Positions 34,580 through 47,310 of a stretch of 64,000 nt of DNA are shown here, piece by piece. The stretch's first letter is position 1. The number at the start of each line of letters is the position of its first letter. This DNA is from Amphiscolops sp. MND2022 (lineage: Eukaryota), in contig OZ076409.1 in assembly GCA_964187785.1 (NCBI GenBank), forward strand, positions 95,048,001 through 95,112,000. The letters are read 5' to 3'. The notes beneath the pieces are model-generated. The model was not told the origin of the DNA. It did not search any database and saw only the letters and a program-made list of their open reading frames with translations. Both the position numbers and the translations under genes were made by a program.

Positions 34580-37252
34580 TTTCCCCCTCTACAATTGGAT
34601 GGGAACTATCCAATGGGGTTCCGTTGCAGTCCATGGTTTTGTGGTCGGTAACCTGGCCACGTCTCTTTATTGAATCCGGGCTTCCGTGATTAGCAGTTGT
34701 TGAATCCGGGCTTCCGTGATTGGCATTTTGTTTTTCCATTGAGTGGTTTAATTGTTTTCTTCGTCGGTCTGTTCTTCCACCTCCTCCTGTGTCTCCGGTA
34801 AAGGTGACAGATTTAGTCTTTTTATTGTGTTTCCTGTAACAATCTTGGTTAACCGGGTTGTTCAATCTTACTATAGGATTAGTTTTGGTTAGACGTTTTG
34901 ACCGGCGTAGGTTATTTTCCTCTGTTTTTTCTAGTTCTTTTTCTATTTCAGTGCTTGAGCTTAAATTGCTAGCGAGTTCTAGGTCTGATTCTTCTATTTT
35001 ATCAAAAGTATCGTAGGTTACCTTACCGTTATCATCTTTGATGTGAAGTTCTTGGCCTGAATTTTGTGTGTCCTTGATTATCTGTTCAATGTCGGGTGCC
35101 GACATTTGCTCTGAATTTGCGGTTAGTGTGCCTAGGTGTTCGTCGTTGCCATTCCCGGGTCTCGCTTCGGGGGGGGGGGGGTTTGTTGTCCTCTTTCTCT
35201 GATCAATTTGGCCATTTTTGGTCTCCCTCTGCCAAATGTTCCGGTCTTTTTGGTGATCGATGGTTCTGGACTGGTGTCCGATTGATCGTCTTGAGATTGG
35301 AGCTTTCTGGGGGTATCTGGTGATTTGCTCTCTTTGCGGGCAAATCGTCCGTCCGGTCCTCTTGGTCCGGTGCCTCTGTTGGATTGTTCCTGTTCAAATG
35401 GTTTAACTGGTTTACTGATTAGTTTACGGTGGATTAATTTGTTATCTGCTGTAGTTATCGTATGATTGGTCCCTTTTATTGCCGTTTGCAACTGATCTGA
35501 GTAGGGACTCTCGAACTTAGTTTTTTGGTTTTTTCTTTCGAAAAATTTAAACGGGTATTCGCTTACCGTCTTTGTCGATTTTCTTTTTTGTTTCATTGGC
35601 AGATGGTCGGAGCTACCGCCTTCTCCACTGAATGTATAGACTTGTAAAGTCTCTGGTTTTGCTGAAAAGGAATGGTTGTTTGTTAGTTTTTTGATTTCAT
35701 TTAGGTTTAACATGTTACTTAGTTCCGTGTTTGGTTCCCTTCCGAAATGTAGTTCGAATGCCGATTTTTTAAGTCTGGTGTGTGGTGTAGTCCGCATTAC
35801 GTACAGTGCTAGATCGAGAGCTTTTCCGAACGGTTCTCCCGCTTTTATATTCGTTAATAAATTTTCCTTTAGGGTTCTTACGCCCCGCTCCACCAGGCCG
35901 GTTGGGGTGTGTATGTACGGTGTTCCGTATATTATTGAAATGTAATTCTTTTTGCAGAATTCTCTGAAAAAGCGTCCTGTGAATGCCGATGCTTTATCGG
36001 TTCGTATTGTTTTTGGTATTCCGTTTAGTTGGATATACTGTTGTAAAAATTTTACAGCCGTTTCTCCGTCCGTTGTTTTGCACAAACTGGCGGCCGGCCA
36101 TTTGCTATACCGGTCAATGGATAGTAAGATGTAAAATCTACGGTTCCCTTCCGTGATTGGTCCGATGAAATCCAATTGGATTTCTTCATTCGGTGCGTTC
36201 AATGGCGGTAAATGGTTTTGTTCCGTCTTAGGTAGGTTAGGTTTTAAATTCTTACCGGAAAGTTTGCACGGTATGCAGCTGTCGCATTTTCTTTGAATTG
36301 CCTCGGTTAGCTTCGGCCACCAGAAGTGTTTCGCTGCGATGGTCATCTTATTTATTGCTGGATGTCCTTTGTGGAGGAGTGAGATGACGGTTGTCCTTAG
36401 ATTTGCAGGCACGATAATTTTCTCTTCGAAGAATACCAATCCATATCTTGTGGACAATTTCCTTTTGTATTGGTTGTATTCCTCGGGGATGTTGTCACAC
36501 TGCTTTCTTTCTAGGCATACGAGTGTTTTCAATAGTTTCGGGTCATTCGTCGTTTCTGTCATCAGCAACTGGAGGTCCGTTGCAAACTCTTTTTCGGTTT
36601 CCCTAACGGTATTTTCATGGTCCCAGTTGTTCGGTTCAATTGCTTGAATTCTTGGTGCATGGCCCATTTTGATGTATTGAACACTCTTTATGCCAATGTA
36701 GTTGGCCCAGTTAATGGTCGGTACCTCCAGTACCGATGGAGCCATCTCGGAATCACTCGAGATTTCCCCTTCCTCCATTGGTACTTCTTCCGGGCGAGCT
36801 GTTGATGTGCCGGGTTGGCTTGTGTTTTTTGGAATAAATCCTCCTTCAAAGTTTCTTGCTCCGGTAAATTGCCAGTCGGGTAAATAGTCATTCTGTGGTT
36901 GATTATGAATGGGCCGGTTTCTAACTTCTACGGCCGGGCTTTCTAATCTACTGATAATCTCCAGTAGTTTTTCTTCGATGGTTTTTCTCTCATTGCGAAG
37001 GAATTTCGGTTCGTGGTATTTCTTCCACTTGCCGTTTGATAGCCGGTACACTCCTGGCTTTACGATATTTCGCCATCTCTCGATTAAATCCGTAGTCTCT
37101 TGGGAGGAATCAATTGATTCAAGAGTGTCAATGGTTCTTGCGTCCATTGTTATCGGAATAGAATTCTGATTAAGTTTCGCGTTACTGTTTGAAATGCGGT
37201 CATTATGGGTCATGATGGTCATCATCAAGGCTGTTAATGGCGTTTTGTTCAC
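34545..37252 (-). pseudogene. Gypsy integrase with long N- and C-terminal extensions; frameshifts near 37250 and at the G-run near 35170
   Basis: HHCC HKGH...CDSCIPC; DDE QLDFIGP, RTDKA, VERGVRTLK. The tail has GRGRPK and an ANHGSPDS repeat. Confidence 0.9.
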
Positions 37253-40200
37253 GCGCGTTGTCCGATGGCCGCTTATTGTCTACTTTTGGTCCGTTCTCGC
37301 GATATGATTGGTTGAAATGGTTGCTAAGGCAACCGAAATTTGAAACAAATCCGTAGTGCGGTGCTATGCTGTTAATCACATACTCTTCTTCGTATGCTTC
37401 ATCCTTTTGCGCCGGTTCGATCGGATTTCTACTCAAATAATCCGTGAGTGCTAAATGTTTACCGGCTATATGGTTGACGTTAATTGTGAAGTGTGCTAAT
37501 CGGTCGAGCCAACGTGTTAAGCGAGCGCTATAAGTTTTGTTTGAGCGGTTGCGTTTTATTAGAGGTTCAAGTGCTTGGTGGTCCGTCAATAATTTGACGG
37601 GTTTGCCGTAAATATATAGTCGGAAGTGTTCTAGACCCCAGACTACCGCTAATAGTTCGAGCTCGTTAATTGCGTATTTTTTTTCTGTATCCGATAGAAA
37701 TCTGCTTGCGAATGCTATCGGTTTTAAGTCGCCGTTGTTTTGTTCTTGCCAGAAGGTTGCGCCCAATCCCTTTGTACTGGCATCGGTTGTGAGTGTATTC
37801 GGTCGAACGGAACTGTAGTGAGCGAGACACGGTATTTCCGTGATTTTTTGCTTTAATTGGTTGAATGCTTCGGAGTGTTCCGTTGACCAGTTCCAGTTGT
37901 TTTTCTTCTTTAACAACTGTCTCAATAGATCCGTTTGTGCTGACAAGTTTTCGATATATTTCGAGAGGTATTGAATTGCCCCTAGAAATGATTTCAATTC
38001 CTTTTCGTTTTTTGGTTCTTTTAATTCTTGTATCGCTTTTAGTTTATCTTGTAACGGTCTGATACCGTTTTGGTCAATTTTGTGACCTACCCACTCTATT
38101 TCGGTTTTGTAAAATTCTGTTTTGTTTTCGCTCAGTCTATATCCTGCGTTTTCTAATTTTGTTAGTACCTCAATTAACTCACGTGTATGTTGTTCTTTTG
38201 TTCCTTTTGTGACGACTAATATGTAATCTAACCACGCCGGATGTTTATTCTCCAGTGTTTGGTCTATCTTTTCTTGAAATATGGTCGGTATGTCCGCCAG
38301 GCCGTAGAATCCCTTCAGGAATCTGTAGTATCCGGTGAAATTGCCTCCGGTTATCGCGAATATACACAGATCCATTGCGTGTTTTGATAGCTGCATTTGT
38401 CCGTAGGCGTAGTCCAAGTCGAATTTGGATATCCATATTTGGTCGGGTGCTCCCTCTGCTATTGTTCTGGATATTCGTGAGATGAGTTCCTCCATATTCG
38501 GCATTTGTGCTTTCCGTTTCACGGTTATTTCATTTAGTTTCCGTGAATCTAAAGCAATTTTTACCGATTTATCTTTTTTCACGGTTATTACTGCCGGACT
38601 GACGAAACAGTTTTCGTTGATATTTGTTGCCTTCTCGATATGTCCATTTTTCTTCAGCTTTTCAATTTCTTTACCGACTGCGGGTTGTAGATGTATTGGT
38701 ATCGGACGACCTTTTTGTTGTATTAACTTGGCGTCCGGTTTCAATTCGATGTCTACTTCTATTCCTTTTATTGTTTTGTTTTCGTGGAACAGTTTTTTGA
38801 ATTTTCTCTTCAACTCGGTTATGTCCGGGTCTTCTTTTACATTCTGGATCTTCAGGTTAGTCTCCTCCATTTCTAGCTTTATCCCCAGGTGTTTCATCCA
38901 ATCTAGTCCAAGTAATGGATTCGTTTTTTTCGTAGTTATCAGTAGTTCTAACTTTTTTGTTTCCCCGTTGATTTCAACGTTAGCTATTGTTTTTCCTTCG
39001 AATTGAATTTTGTTGTTGTTTACATCTCTGTATTCAGAATGTAGTGGCTTCATTGGTGTTATTTGGTTGAACATTTGTTTTGAAATCAGAGTGACCGGTG
39101 ATCCGCTGTCTATAATGAATTTGATTGGACGGTTATTAACCAATACCGTTTTTGTGATAAATGGCTGACCGTCACTGGCTATTTGTTTTGTTGAATGGAT
39201 TGTTTTCGTAATAAGGTGTATTTTATTTGGTGTCCATTCGTCTTCTTCTGCGCTTGTTGCTTCTGATTCCGGATGAATGTGTTTTATCTTTCGGTCCGTT
39301 CTCTGTTTTGTACGGCAGAATTTTGCGTAGTGGCCAATTTTTCCGCAGTTTAGGCACTTTTTTGTTTTTGCTGGGCAGTCGTGATATTTATTCCAGTTTG
39401 GTGCTCCGCATCTAATGCAGTCGACTGCTCTGACTTTATTTGGTTTGTTTCGTTCCGGTTTTTGGTAGCTTCTTTTTTTTTCGACGTGTTTTATTTTTGT
39501 TTCTTCTTCCGTATCCCGAGATTCATTCATTTTTTCGTACATGTATTCGTGGATTGTGTCAGTTATTGCTTCTACCGACATGTCCCCTTTCTTTATTTTC
39601 TTTTTTAGGTCATTGTCTCCCGTGGTTTTCCCGATTACTGAAAGAAATTTTGATGCCAGCAGTTCTGCCGCTGTTATTTCTTCAAATTCGCAGTTTTTTT
39701 CGATTTCGAGTATTCTTTTCCATGTTTCTGCTGCGGATTCTCCGGGTTCCCGCTTTAAATTGAAGAAATCAGCTCTACTATGGTGTTTATTCCGCTCCGG
39801 AATAAAGTGTAGTCTGAATAGTGCGTAGAGACGGTATAATGGTAGAGAATTCGGTTCTCTTTCTCTTACCGTCTTTGTCATTTCGGTGAGTGCTGCTTGT
39901 CCGACCGCCCATATGAAAACGTCTTTTATTTCGTCTTCGAGTTGGTCTCTGAATTGGGGAAGCACTTCTTTGGAGTTGGTCATCTTTGAAAATAGGCCCC
40001 TCCGGGGCTCAGTACTATTTCTGCTTTAATCTTTATTTTTTTAAAACAAAAAATCATTAATAAAAGAATCATATCTGGAATACCAATACACTCCTGTTTA
40101 ATCATTACTTAGAGCACAATTAATCACTGTACAAGTTTACACCGCCTTTAATTCTTCTCGGACTAAAGAAAATATAACTAAGCGTAGACGAAGTTTCGCA

Positions 40201-40662
40201 TTCGCATTTGAATGCAGGCGAAGCTCTCAACGAACGAATAATTAACACTCATTCGCTTCATCTCAATGACGTCAGCATACGAATGGATAATTACCACTCG
40301 CTCGTTCTATCGCACTAGAATTGAATTGTTGTCGGCAGCTTTCCCACGCTTACACTCACTGCCGAACAAAATATCTGAATTATTCAGTAGGACGAAATTT
40401 GACGACTGAAAAAAAAAGGACCAACTTTGAGGTTACAATAACATTCCTGCTAAAGCAGAAATATTAATAAATCTATTTCCCGTGTCATTTTGATATATTG
40501 GGTGAAATTTCTCCACCAGAGCTTTGCACTGGTGTGATCGGTTTTTTCTAAGATCGGAATGGGCAACTTTTGTATTGTTGTCCGTTCTACCGATCTCGTT
40601 GTTGTATTGTTTGGGAGTGAATGGCTGCTTGCTTCTCCCGCGTTGTCTGGTTCATCTTCCAT
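37203..40662 (-). pseudogene. Gypsy gag-PR-RT-RNase H, interrupted by a HINE at 39991-40468; RT active site WLDY
   Basis: ATG 40662. Zn knuckle CLNCGKIGHYAKFC, protease IDSGS, RT FDLDYAYGQ / GFYGL / WLDY, RNase H TDAS...ELELLAVVW...TDH. Confidence 0.92.
39991..40468 (-). mobile_element. Helentron-associated non-autonomous element (HINE), family B
   Basis: Perfect 13 bp subterminal inverted repeat tatttctgcttta (40016-40028) / taaagcagaaata (40451-40463), hairpin gcccc-tcc-ggggc near the 3' end, insertion in a T-run, no TSD. Excision restores the gag frame. Confidence 0.85.
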
Positions 40663-40697
40663 TTTTGCAGTTTCTTTTTTTTTCTGTAAGTTCAGAT

Positions 40698-40711
40698 TGC
40701 TGACTGCGCCA
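40698..40711 (-). promoter_or_regulatory. Primer binding site, tRNA-Ser type
   Basis: TGGCGCAGTCAGCA directly after the 5' LTR, complementary to the invertebrate tRNA-Ser 3' end TGCTGACTGCG-CCA. Confidence 0.75.
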
Positions 40712-40916
40712 TGTTGTATTCTATGAACTAGACTTGTAATATAAGAGTTTGTAAGAAACAATGTTTTCTCTAGCACAAAGTTTAGTGTAATGAAAGTTGA
40801 ATAATCTAGAGAATTATATAGTTGTTAGTAAACAACAATAACAAAGATAACTAAAAATAGCAACGGATTGTTTGTCAACAGTTAATCTAAATTTGTCTGT
40901 TGTTCATTATTCTTCA
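40712..40916 (-). repeat. 5' LTR (205 bp)
   Basis: TG..CA termini with a TATATAA on the minus strand; followed by the PBS. Confidence 0.96.
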
Positions 40917-41236
40917 ATAACATGCATTCTTTTTCCAGTTATACCTAGTGTTAACTAGCGTTAAGTTGCTCCATGTAACGCCTTTAATTTGAATCAATTC
41001 GTTCGAGAAACGATTTGTAACCTAAAGATTCAATATACAAAAACCCCATGTTTGTTTTCATGTTGAAATGTTCCACTTCATTGGTGCATCCAACACAAAG
41101 AAACTTGTGCAACGTGAGAAAGATAACATACCAAACAGTCGAATAACTGGAATATCTGGCTTGTCTATTAACACCCCCGATGATGAAAAGAATGTAATCA
41201 AAGTTTTGGAGAAGTTGGGATCCAATAAACAATACA

Positions 41237-41638
41237 TTGAATCATGATGTTATCAACAATTCAATCACGGATTTTTTTGAAACTGAAGGTTCATCAGAAT
41301 CTGCCTTCTTCGCAACTCTACCAATGTTGAGAGAACTTGGTGTGGTAGCAGTTGTTCTGCACAAAAGAGAAGGGGCCCCGCGCTTCGTTTTGTACAAACA
41401 TTCAATTCAACCTCATTTTACAACAATTCGAGTAAATAGAGCTCTTGGAAACGATTGGAGAAATTTCTTCAATGAAAACCGTCATGTTGAAAAAATCCAT
41501 ATTCCAATTGAGCTTGAATTGCGTTTTACAAGACATGTAGTGCAATGTAATAATTTTGAAGATTTGATGAATATTAACAAGATTAAACATGAGCACCGAA
41601 AGCCGGGGGTCGGAAGTAAAGTTGCCAATTTCCATTAA
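41237..41638 (+). CDS. Hypothetical protein, probably accessory to the Helitron-like element
   Basis: 133-codon open frame with globular composition followed by AATAAA; no ATG start is evident. Confidence 0.35.
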   Translation: MNHDVINNSITDFFETEGSSESAFFATLPMLRELGVVAVVLHKREGAPRFVLYKHSIQPHFTTIRVNRALGNDWRNFFNENRHVEKIHIPIELELRFTRHVVQCNNFEDLMNINKIKHEHRKPGVGSKVANFH

Positions 41639-42310
41639 ATTCAAAAGTTGCTTTCAATAAAATATTTTTTAATATTGAAAGTTGCCAAGTCAATCTTTAC
41701 TACGATTGGTATTTAATTGATTATGTTCATCCGGTGCTCATATTTTGAGCACGGGATGAACTCCTTTTCCAGTTCTTTCTTGATTCTTTTTCTTTATGAT
41801 TTTCCAATAATTTGCAAGCAGCAACTCTAGAATTATTACATGCAGACATCCAAAAAGAATATACTGGATAAACATTTGTTAATGCTTTAATTGAATAATA
41901 TCATTGTTGCCTTTGTTACTTGAATAAACAACCTTTGATCTTTGATTCTTGTTACACCAATGGAAATTGAAAGTTGCATTTAAACATTTTTTTCGAATTT
42001 TTCGAAAAGTATCAGAGGGAATATTTGCATAGAAAAAAAGCGTTCAAAAGTAGCCATCTTGTAAAACAATATGTTAACATAAGCGCTTCATTGTAGCTTC
42101 AATTTTTATCGCATTAGGAAACCGTTGTATTGCTTCGTTTTACTCAGTTTCTGATGAAAGAACATTGAAAAATAGGAATTTTCAAAATTTGATGTGAGCA
42201 GAAACAATCGATCGTCACATTTTGTTTTTCTCAAGATTCTTTAATCAGACGAAAAATTACGATAACATGGTTTAAATACTTGCAATTTTTTCAAGACTTT
42301 TGAATAAACA

Positions 42311-43415
42311 ATGACTTGTCACATCAAGCCTACCATGACACTAGCTCACGCAATGGCCAGAGCGCAGCGTTTCGGACCTACTACACTAGTAAACCTCTCA
42401 AACCCAGCTGGCGGTCATCAAAGAAAGGGAATAGACGTATCTTTTCCATCATGCAAACTTGCCAAAAAAGTTTCCTTTACGTACAAATCAAGGCAGCCGT
42501 CGGGATCTACAAGGAAACTCGAAAATACGTACCATCGGTTTTGTTTGTTCCAAATTGTTAATTCTAGTGATGTGGTGAGACTTTTCACGAAAACAGAAAT
42601 TCAATCCTTTGTTTTATTCCAGTATTTAAAAGATATTAGACCTGGCGTCGCGGTGTCCATTCTACACCCAAAGATTGAAGGATCGTTTAATACCAGCAAC
42701 AACTTTCTTATTTGATCGACTAACCCCCTCATCAACTGCGCTGTGATAGATAGGGGAAACATTCTGCCTCCCACTGTCGTTAACTCGACCGTCAAAGATT
42801 ATATTGCTTTCTCGTTCATTTCTGATCAATTTAAGTCTGAAAATTTGGTTCTGAGAAATGACCTTTGCAATGGGATTCTCTGTGATGGGCAGGTGGGCGA
42901 TAAGGGCGAACCCGTGTTGTTGCATTTCCACCGAGACTCGCCATATTCCAGTATTGAAAACGTTCATCAAAGACAATATCCTCAACGGCTGTGATAACCA
43001 ATATGAAAACATTTTCCGTTCACGCCACTTTGTTTCTTCTCTGGTATCGAATCCTAGCGGCTTAGATATGCGGTCCAGTTTGTTCGATGAATTGGATTTC
43101 GAGGACAGTGCTATCCAGCAAAATCAGCGTATACGAGCCAACGGGGGAGTTAGAATCACTGGCTGGATAAAACAGTCAGTTCATCAGAATGAAAATGATA
43201 AAGCGTCAGAGGAACTAAAAAGAATTCATGTGGTTTCAGTGGAACCCATCAACGCGGCCACTGATGACATGAAAAACAACATGTACTCTATGATTTCTAC
43301 TTGCGCTGTAACCCGTGCCGCTGCAATCGTAGACGGCCACGCGACGACTAGACCCCAGGAAACCACACAACCACAATCTGACACGACCAACAACAGCGGT
43401 ACCACGGCCAGCTGA
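42311..43415 (+). pseudogene. Accessory gene of about 365 codons (Cys cluster, possibly OB-fold/Zn); TGA at 42713 and frameshift near 42910
   Basis: Three ORF pieces join into one protein with LCNGILCDG..CCC and GGVRITGWIK...HVVSVEP. Confidence 0.55.
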
Positions 43416-43951
43416 GCACGTTCGCTCTCAAAGTCATTGACATCACTATTTTGTGGTTCAATCCTGGAAGTTTTTTTCTTCTGGATACTCAAACATAAAG
43501 TTTCATTTAAAACAGCTAGTTATATTGGTATATCATGTTAATAAACTAAAACTTTTGTTTATCTTGAATTACCAATTTCAAAAGTCATCAATTATAACTG
43601 ACGTTGGATCCAAAATTTTTGTTTATTTCATTAATTCAATCAATGTTTGAGGTGCATTAGAATTTGTTCCTTCAGACGCAGTTCACGTTTTCTCATGTTA
43701 TAGTCCTTTGGGCATTTCTGAAACATTGTTGATAATTTGATACTTTCCAAATATATATTTATTAAACTAAGCTCACATAAGCTTCTGACGAGAATTCCAT
43801 AAAACTGGCCCATTTTCCATGAAAGATTTTAAAACTAACATTCAAATTTTCCTTCGATGTTACTTCTAAAAAATACTTCATCAACAGTAGTAACAACAGT
43901 GATGTTTGAATTTTAGCCCGTTTTTGTTCTCTTATTTACCAGCTAAAATTT

Positions 43952-46778
43952 TTCTCCGGGGCTCAGTACTATTTCTGATTCGATCTTTCATTAATAAAAG
44001 AATCATATCTGGAATACCAATACTCTCTTGTTTAATCATTATTTAGCGCACAATTAATCACTGTACAAGTTCACACCGCCTTTAATTCTTTTCGGACTAA
44101 AGAAAATATAACTACTAAGCGTAGACGAAGTTTCGCATTCGCATTTGAATGCAGGCGAAGAAGCTCTCAGCGAACGAATAATCAACGCATAATTACGAAC
44201 ATTCGCTCGCTTCATCTTAATGACGTCAGCATACGAATGTACGGTTGGGCTCACCCACAATCGTTGCCTTTACTTCTTTCAATGCCCACATTAATTTTGT
44301 CCCTCTTACTCTTACTCTAACGAGTATAGTAGAGTCCGCATCCTCGCGGAAACCTACAGTTCCTATCTCAATTTGTGGGTCTTGATCTAAAACAAATCTT
44401 TCAATCATTCTTGACTTTAACGTATTGGGTTGCCTACCTATTTGCGTTTGAAATGCCGATTTTCCATCCGGCCTTTTTTCCGTTCTTAATGCAAATAGTA
44501 TACCTGGAATGCCATTTTTTCTTTTGAAATCAAAATTTCCTTGTTTGTCTTTCATTTATCGTTCGTATCATTCTTTCCACCTTTCCGTTTCCTCTGTGGT
44601 TTCTTACGGGGCATACTTTGTGTTCAATACACTTTTCTTCACAAAATTCTTCTTCCTAAAAGAATAGCCGTCAGCATGTTTTCTCTCATGTCGTTTGAAA
44701 TAACCAAACGGTGATCCATGTACAATAACACATTAGAATCTACCGGGAATGAAATGAAAGTGTTCTCCCAGGGAAGGGGAAGACGGACAATAATTGCTGT
44801 ATTTTCGTTTTTAACTAAGTTGCTCTTTTTTGGATAACACAGTCATTTTCCGCAATTGCTTGACATCGACCGAGCTAATTCGCGATTTGGATAAACATTT
44901 GCTCTCTGTCATATTTACCTTTTGGCTAGTTTTAGCGGGTTGATGAACTGTAATTTTTGTTTGCATAGGGCGTGAATTCTCAACAATCTGTTATTTTACT
45001 TTTGTTTTCAATTTATAGCTTCGTGCGTTCTGATTGACTGGTTCGTTTTCGCCAATCGTTTGATTCCGGCGAAACGTCATTTACCACATTTATTGTGAAC
45101 CAATCCTTGAATGAGTCTTAGGCTTTTGCTACATATCATTCATACTCAGACGCGTGTCTTGATAGATAATCCGCCATTCCTACCGTTCTTCAAGGAGTAT
45201 GTACAATGGTAAAATCGAAAAGCAAAAGTCTTTCCGTTGTCTTCTCACTGTTGTTATACTGCGCCTACCCCCTTGATTGCTCGCATCACAAAATATTCTC
45301 AAAGGTTTAGTGTGTTTGAAATGCGCTTACTCTGTTACGTTCTTGACATCTTGATTTTTTTCTTTGAAGGCTTTTTCATGTTCATCTGTCCAATTCCACA
45401 TTGCATCTTTCTTTGGAATAGATCTGAATGGAAAGCAAACTGAAGTGAGGTCGGGAATAAACCTGTTGAATTGATTTTCCACCCTAAGGAACGATCCTAA
45501 TTCCTTCAAACTTGATAGCCTCGGTTCTTCTGTTATGCTCTGCCCTTTTGTATTTACTAGCGAAATTTCTTAGCTAGTCATTTTGAAGACTAGTCACTCG
45601 ATTTTTTGTCTGCAAGAGTTGCACTTTCCCGCCCTTAATAGTACTCTGGCGTCTTCTGTTTTTGTTTTAGCACTTTGTCTAAATGATCTTTCTTGGTTCC
45701 CTTTGTTACTATTAAAATGTCATCTACAAACACTGAAACTTATCTAAATCTTTTTGAAATTCTGTCCTTTAACTTTTTGAAATGTCCTTTACTTTTTGAA
45801 ATTCTGTCAGCCTAACTGACAGACTGTATAAACCCGTTAAAAGTCGGTACGTTCCAGTGAATTTGCTTCCGACAAATTGAGAATTACACTGTTTTGCTGT
45901 TAATTGATGTCGTGGGACTTGGCCGTATGCGTAGGCCATATCTACTAATGAAAACCACGCTTCACATTTTTCAGTTTCCAACTTTTCTGCCACCATATCT
46001 AACAAGTTTTCTAAATCTAGCATTCGGTACTTGTCCTCATCTAAAGCTTGATTCAGCGCACTTCCGCTTAGAGCTATTTTCCTGCAGCGGTTTTTCTTTA
46101 CTGTTGTTACGGTAGGCTGAATAAAACCGTTATCCTTTATTTCACTGATTTTTTTGATATGTCCCATCTTTAGCAACCTGTTTATCCTCCATCTACCGCT
46201 TTTTGCAGATGGATCGGAATTCAATCTTTCTGTTACTTTATTCTCGCATCTGGTTCCTGATTTTACCTCACATGATGGTTTTTTACCTTCCCTTGTCTTT
46301 TGAACAATTTTGGAAATTCGTTTACCTTTTTGCATAGTTTCTAGGCTCAGTTCCTGTTGTTTTCGAACTGAAGTTACAACCAACTCCCCTCTTTCTCGGA
46401 CCAATTTGTATCGTGATGACGATAACCACTCTCTGCTTATTATTGACTTTGTGCAATCGTTTTTTCGCAGTTAAGATCCTGGCCTTCTTGACGTAGCTGT
46501 TGTTCATCTGCAGTTCACAGAACACATATTCCAGCAATTGTAGTGGTTTGCCGTTGAAGTTTTACATATTTTTCTCCTTCAATCGCTAATTACCACTCGC
46601 TCGTTCCATCGCACGAGAATTGAAATGTCGGCAGCTTGAGAAATTTAATTCTCACGCTTATAGTCACTGCCGAACAAAATATCTGAATTATTCAGTATCG
46701 TGCCAATAATTGTACTGAAAGAAAAATAAGTAGTCATCTTGAGATTTCTATAATAATCCTGCTATCGCAGAAATAATG
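43952..46778 (-). mobile_element. HINE family B copy split into 43952-44239 and 46585-46778 by a Gypsy pol fragment
   Basis: Both halves align to 39991-40468; the break falls at gaatg|(ga)|taattaccactc. Confidence 0.8.
44240..46584 (-). pseudogene. Degenerate Gypsy pol fragment (RT-RH and 3' region), no LTRs
   Basis: FIQPTVTTVKKN, VDMAYAYGQ, FTGTYRLLTGLY, LGSFL...WNWTDEHEKAF; related to but diverged from the 34-41 kb element. Confidence 0.85.
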
Positions 46779-47210
46779 ATAATGCAAAATTGAGTTTCTC
46801 GTTTGTTCGACAACAATAATTAAGTGATATAATTCAACAAAATTGATAAAATACTTTTCTGCATGTATGGAGAAACGTTAGAGTGAGCGTTCATTCAAAT
46901 CATTTTCTTTAAATATTGATTTCCCATTAATTATAAATTGTTTACGAAGGTCTCGTATGAGATCAAGTAGCTCAGGTCAGTCATGTTCTTCAAATTATAC
47001 ATCGTTCTCAACGTTCTTTCTTTAAAGAAATCATCTCTTTATCGATTAGTAAATGATTGAAAGTGATCGATATTGATATCGACTTTTGAACTATAGTATA
47101 CGAATTTCTTTTGAAGTAGATGAAGACGAAGGCATGTCCTTCGACGACGTATGCCAAAACAATGCGCTGTACTACTCGCGCCCCGCCACACAGCAAAGCC
47201 TGCAGCGCTA

Positions 47211-47310
47211 GGTTTTATCCGGGATCGAAAGAGACGAAGATTTCATTAATATTACACCATACCTTCGATACCCTAAATGCAGTAGCAAAGCGAAGCGGAG
47301 CGACGTGCCA
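47211..47310 (+). repeat. About 100 bp dispersed repeat
   Basis: ggttttatccgggatcgaaagagacg...gcgaagcggagcgacgtgcca also occurs at 10654-10753, 13035-13133 and 30782-30881, and partially near 1372-1417. Confidence 0.8.

Larger units (their letters stand above)
34375..40916 (-). mobile_element. Ty3/Gypsy LTR retrotransposon (Mag-like), full length
   Basis: Identical 205 bp TG..CA LTRs, 5 bp TSD ATAAC (34370-34374, 40917-40921), PBS, PPT, and domain order gag-PR-RT-RH-IN. Confidence 0.97.
9580..43900 (+). mobile_element. Large decayed Helitron-like element (Pif1 helicase-GIY-YIG) hosting the Polinton and Gypsy; ends approximate
   Basis: Continuous sequence is restored when the Polinton (TSD AACGTG) and Gypsy (TSD ATAAC) are removed. 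It encodes a Pif1-GIY-YIG pseudogene and downstream accessory ORFs. No Rep/HUH domain or termini were identified. Confidence 0.55.

Noticed and set aside
35676..39828. Plus-strand ORFs within the Gypsy element as env or antisense genes
   Set aside because: Hydrophobic shadows of the A-rich pol strand, with no signal peptide or fusion-protein pattern.
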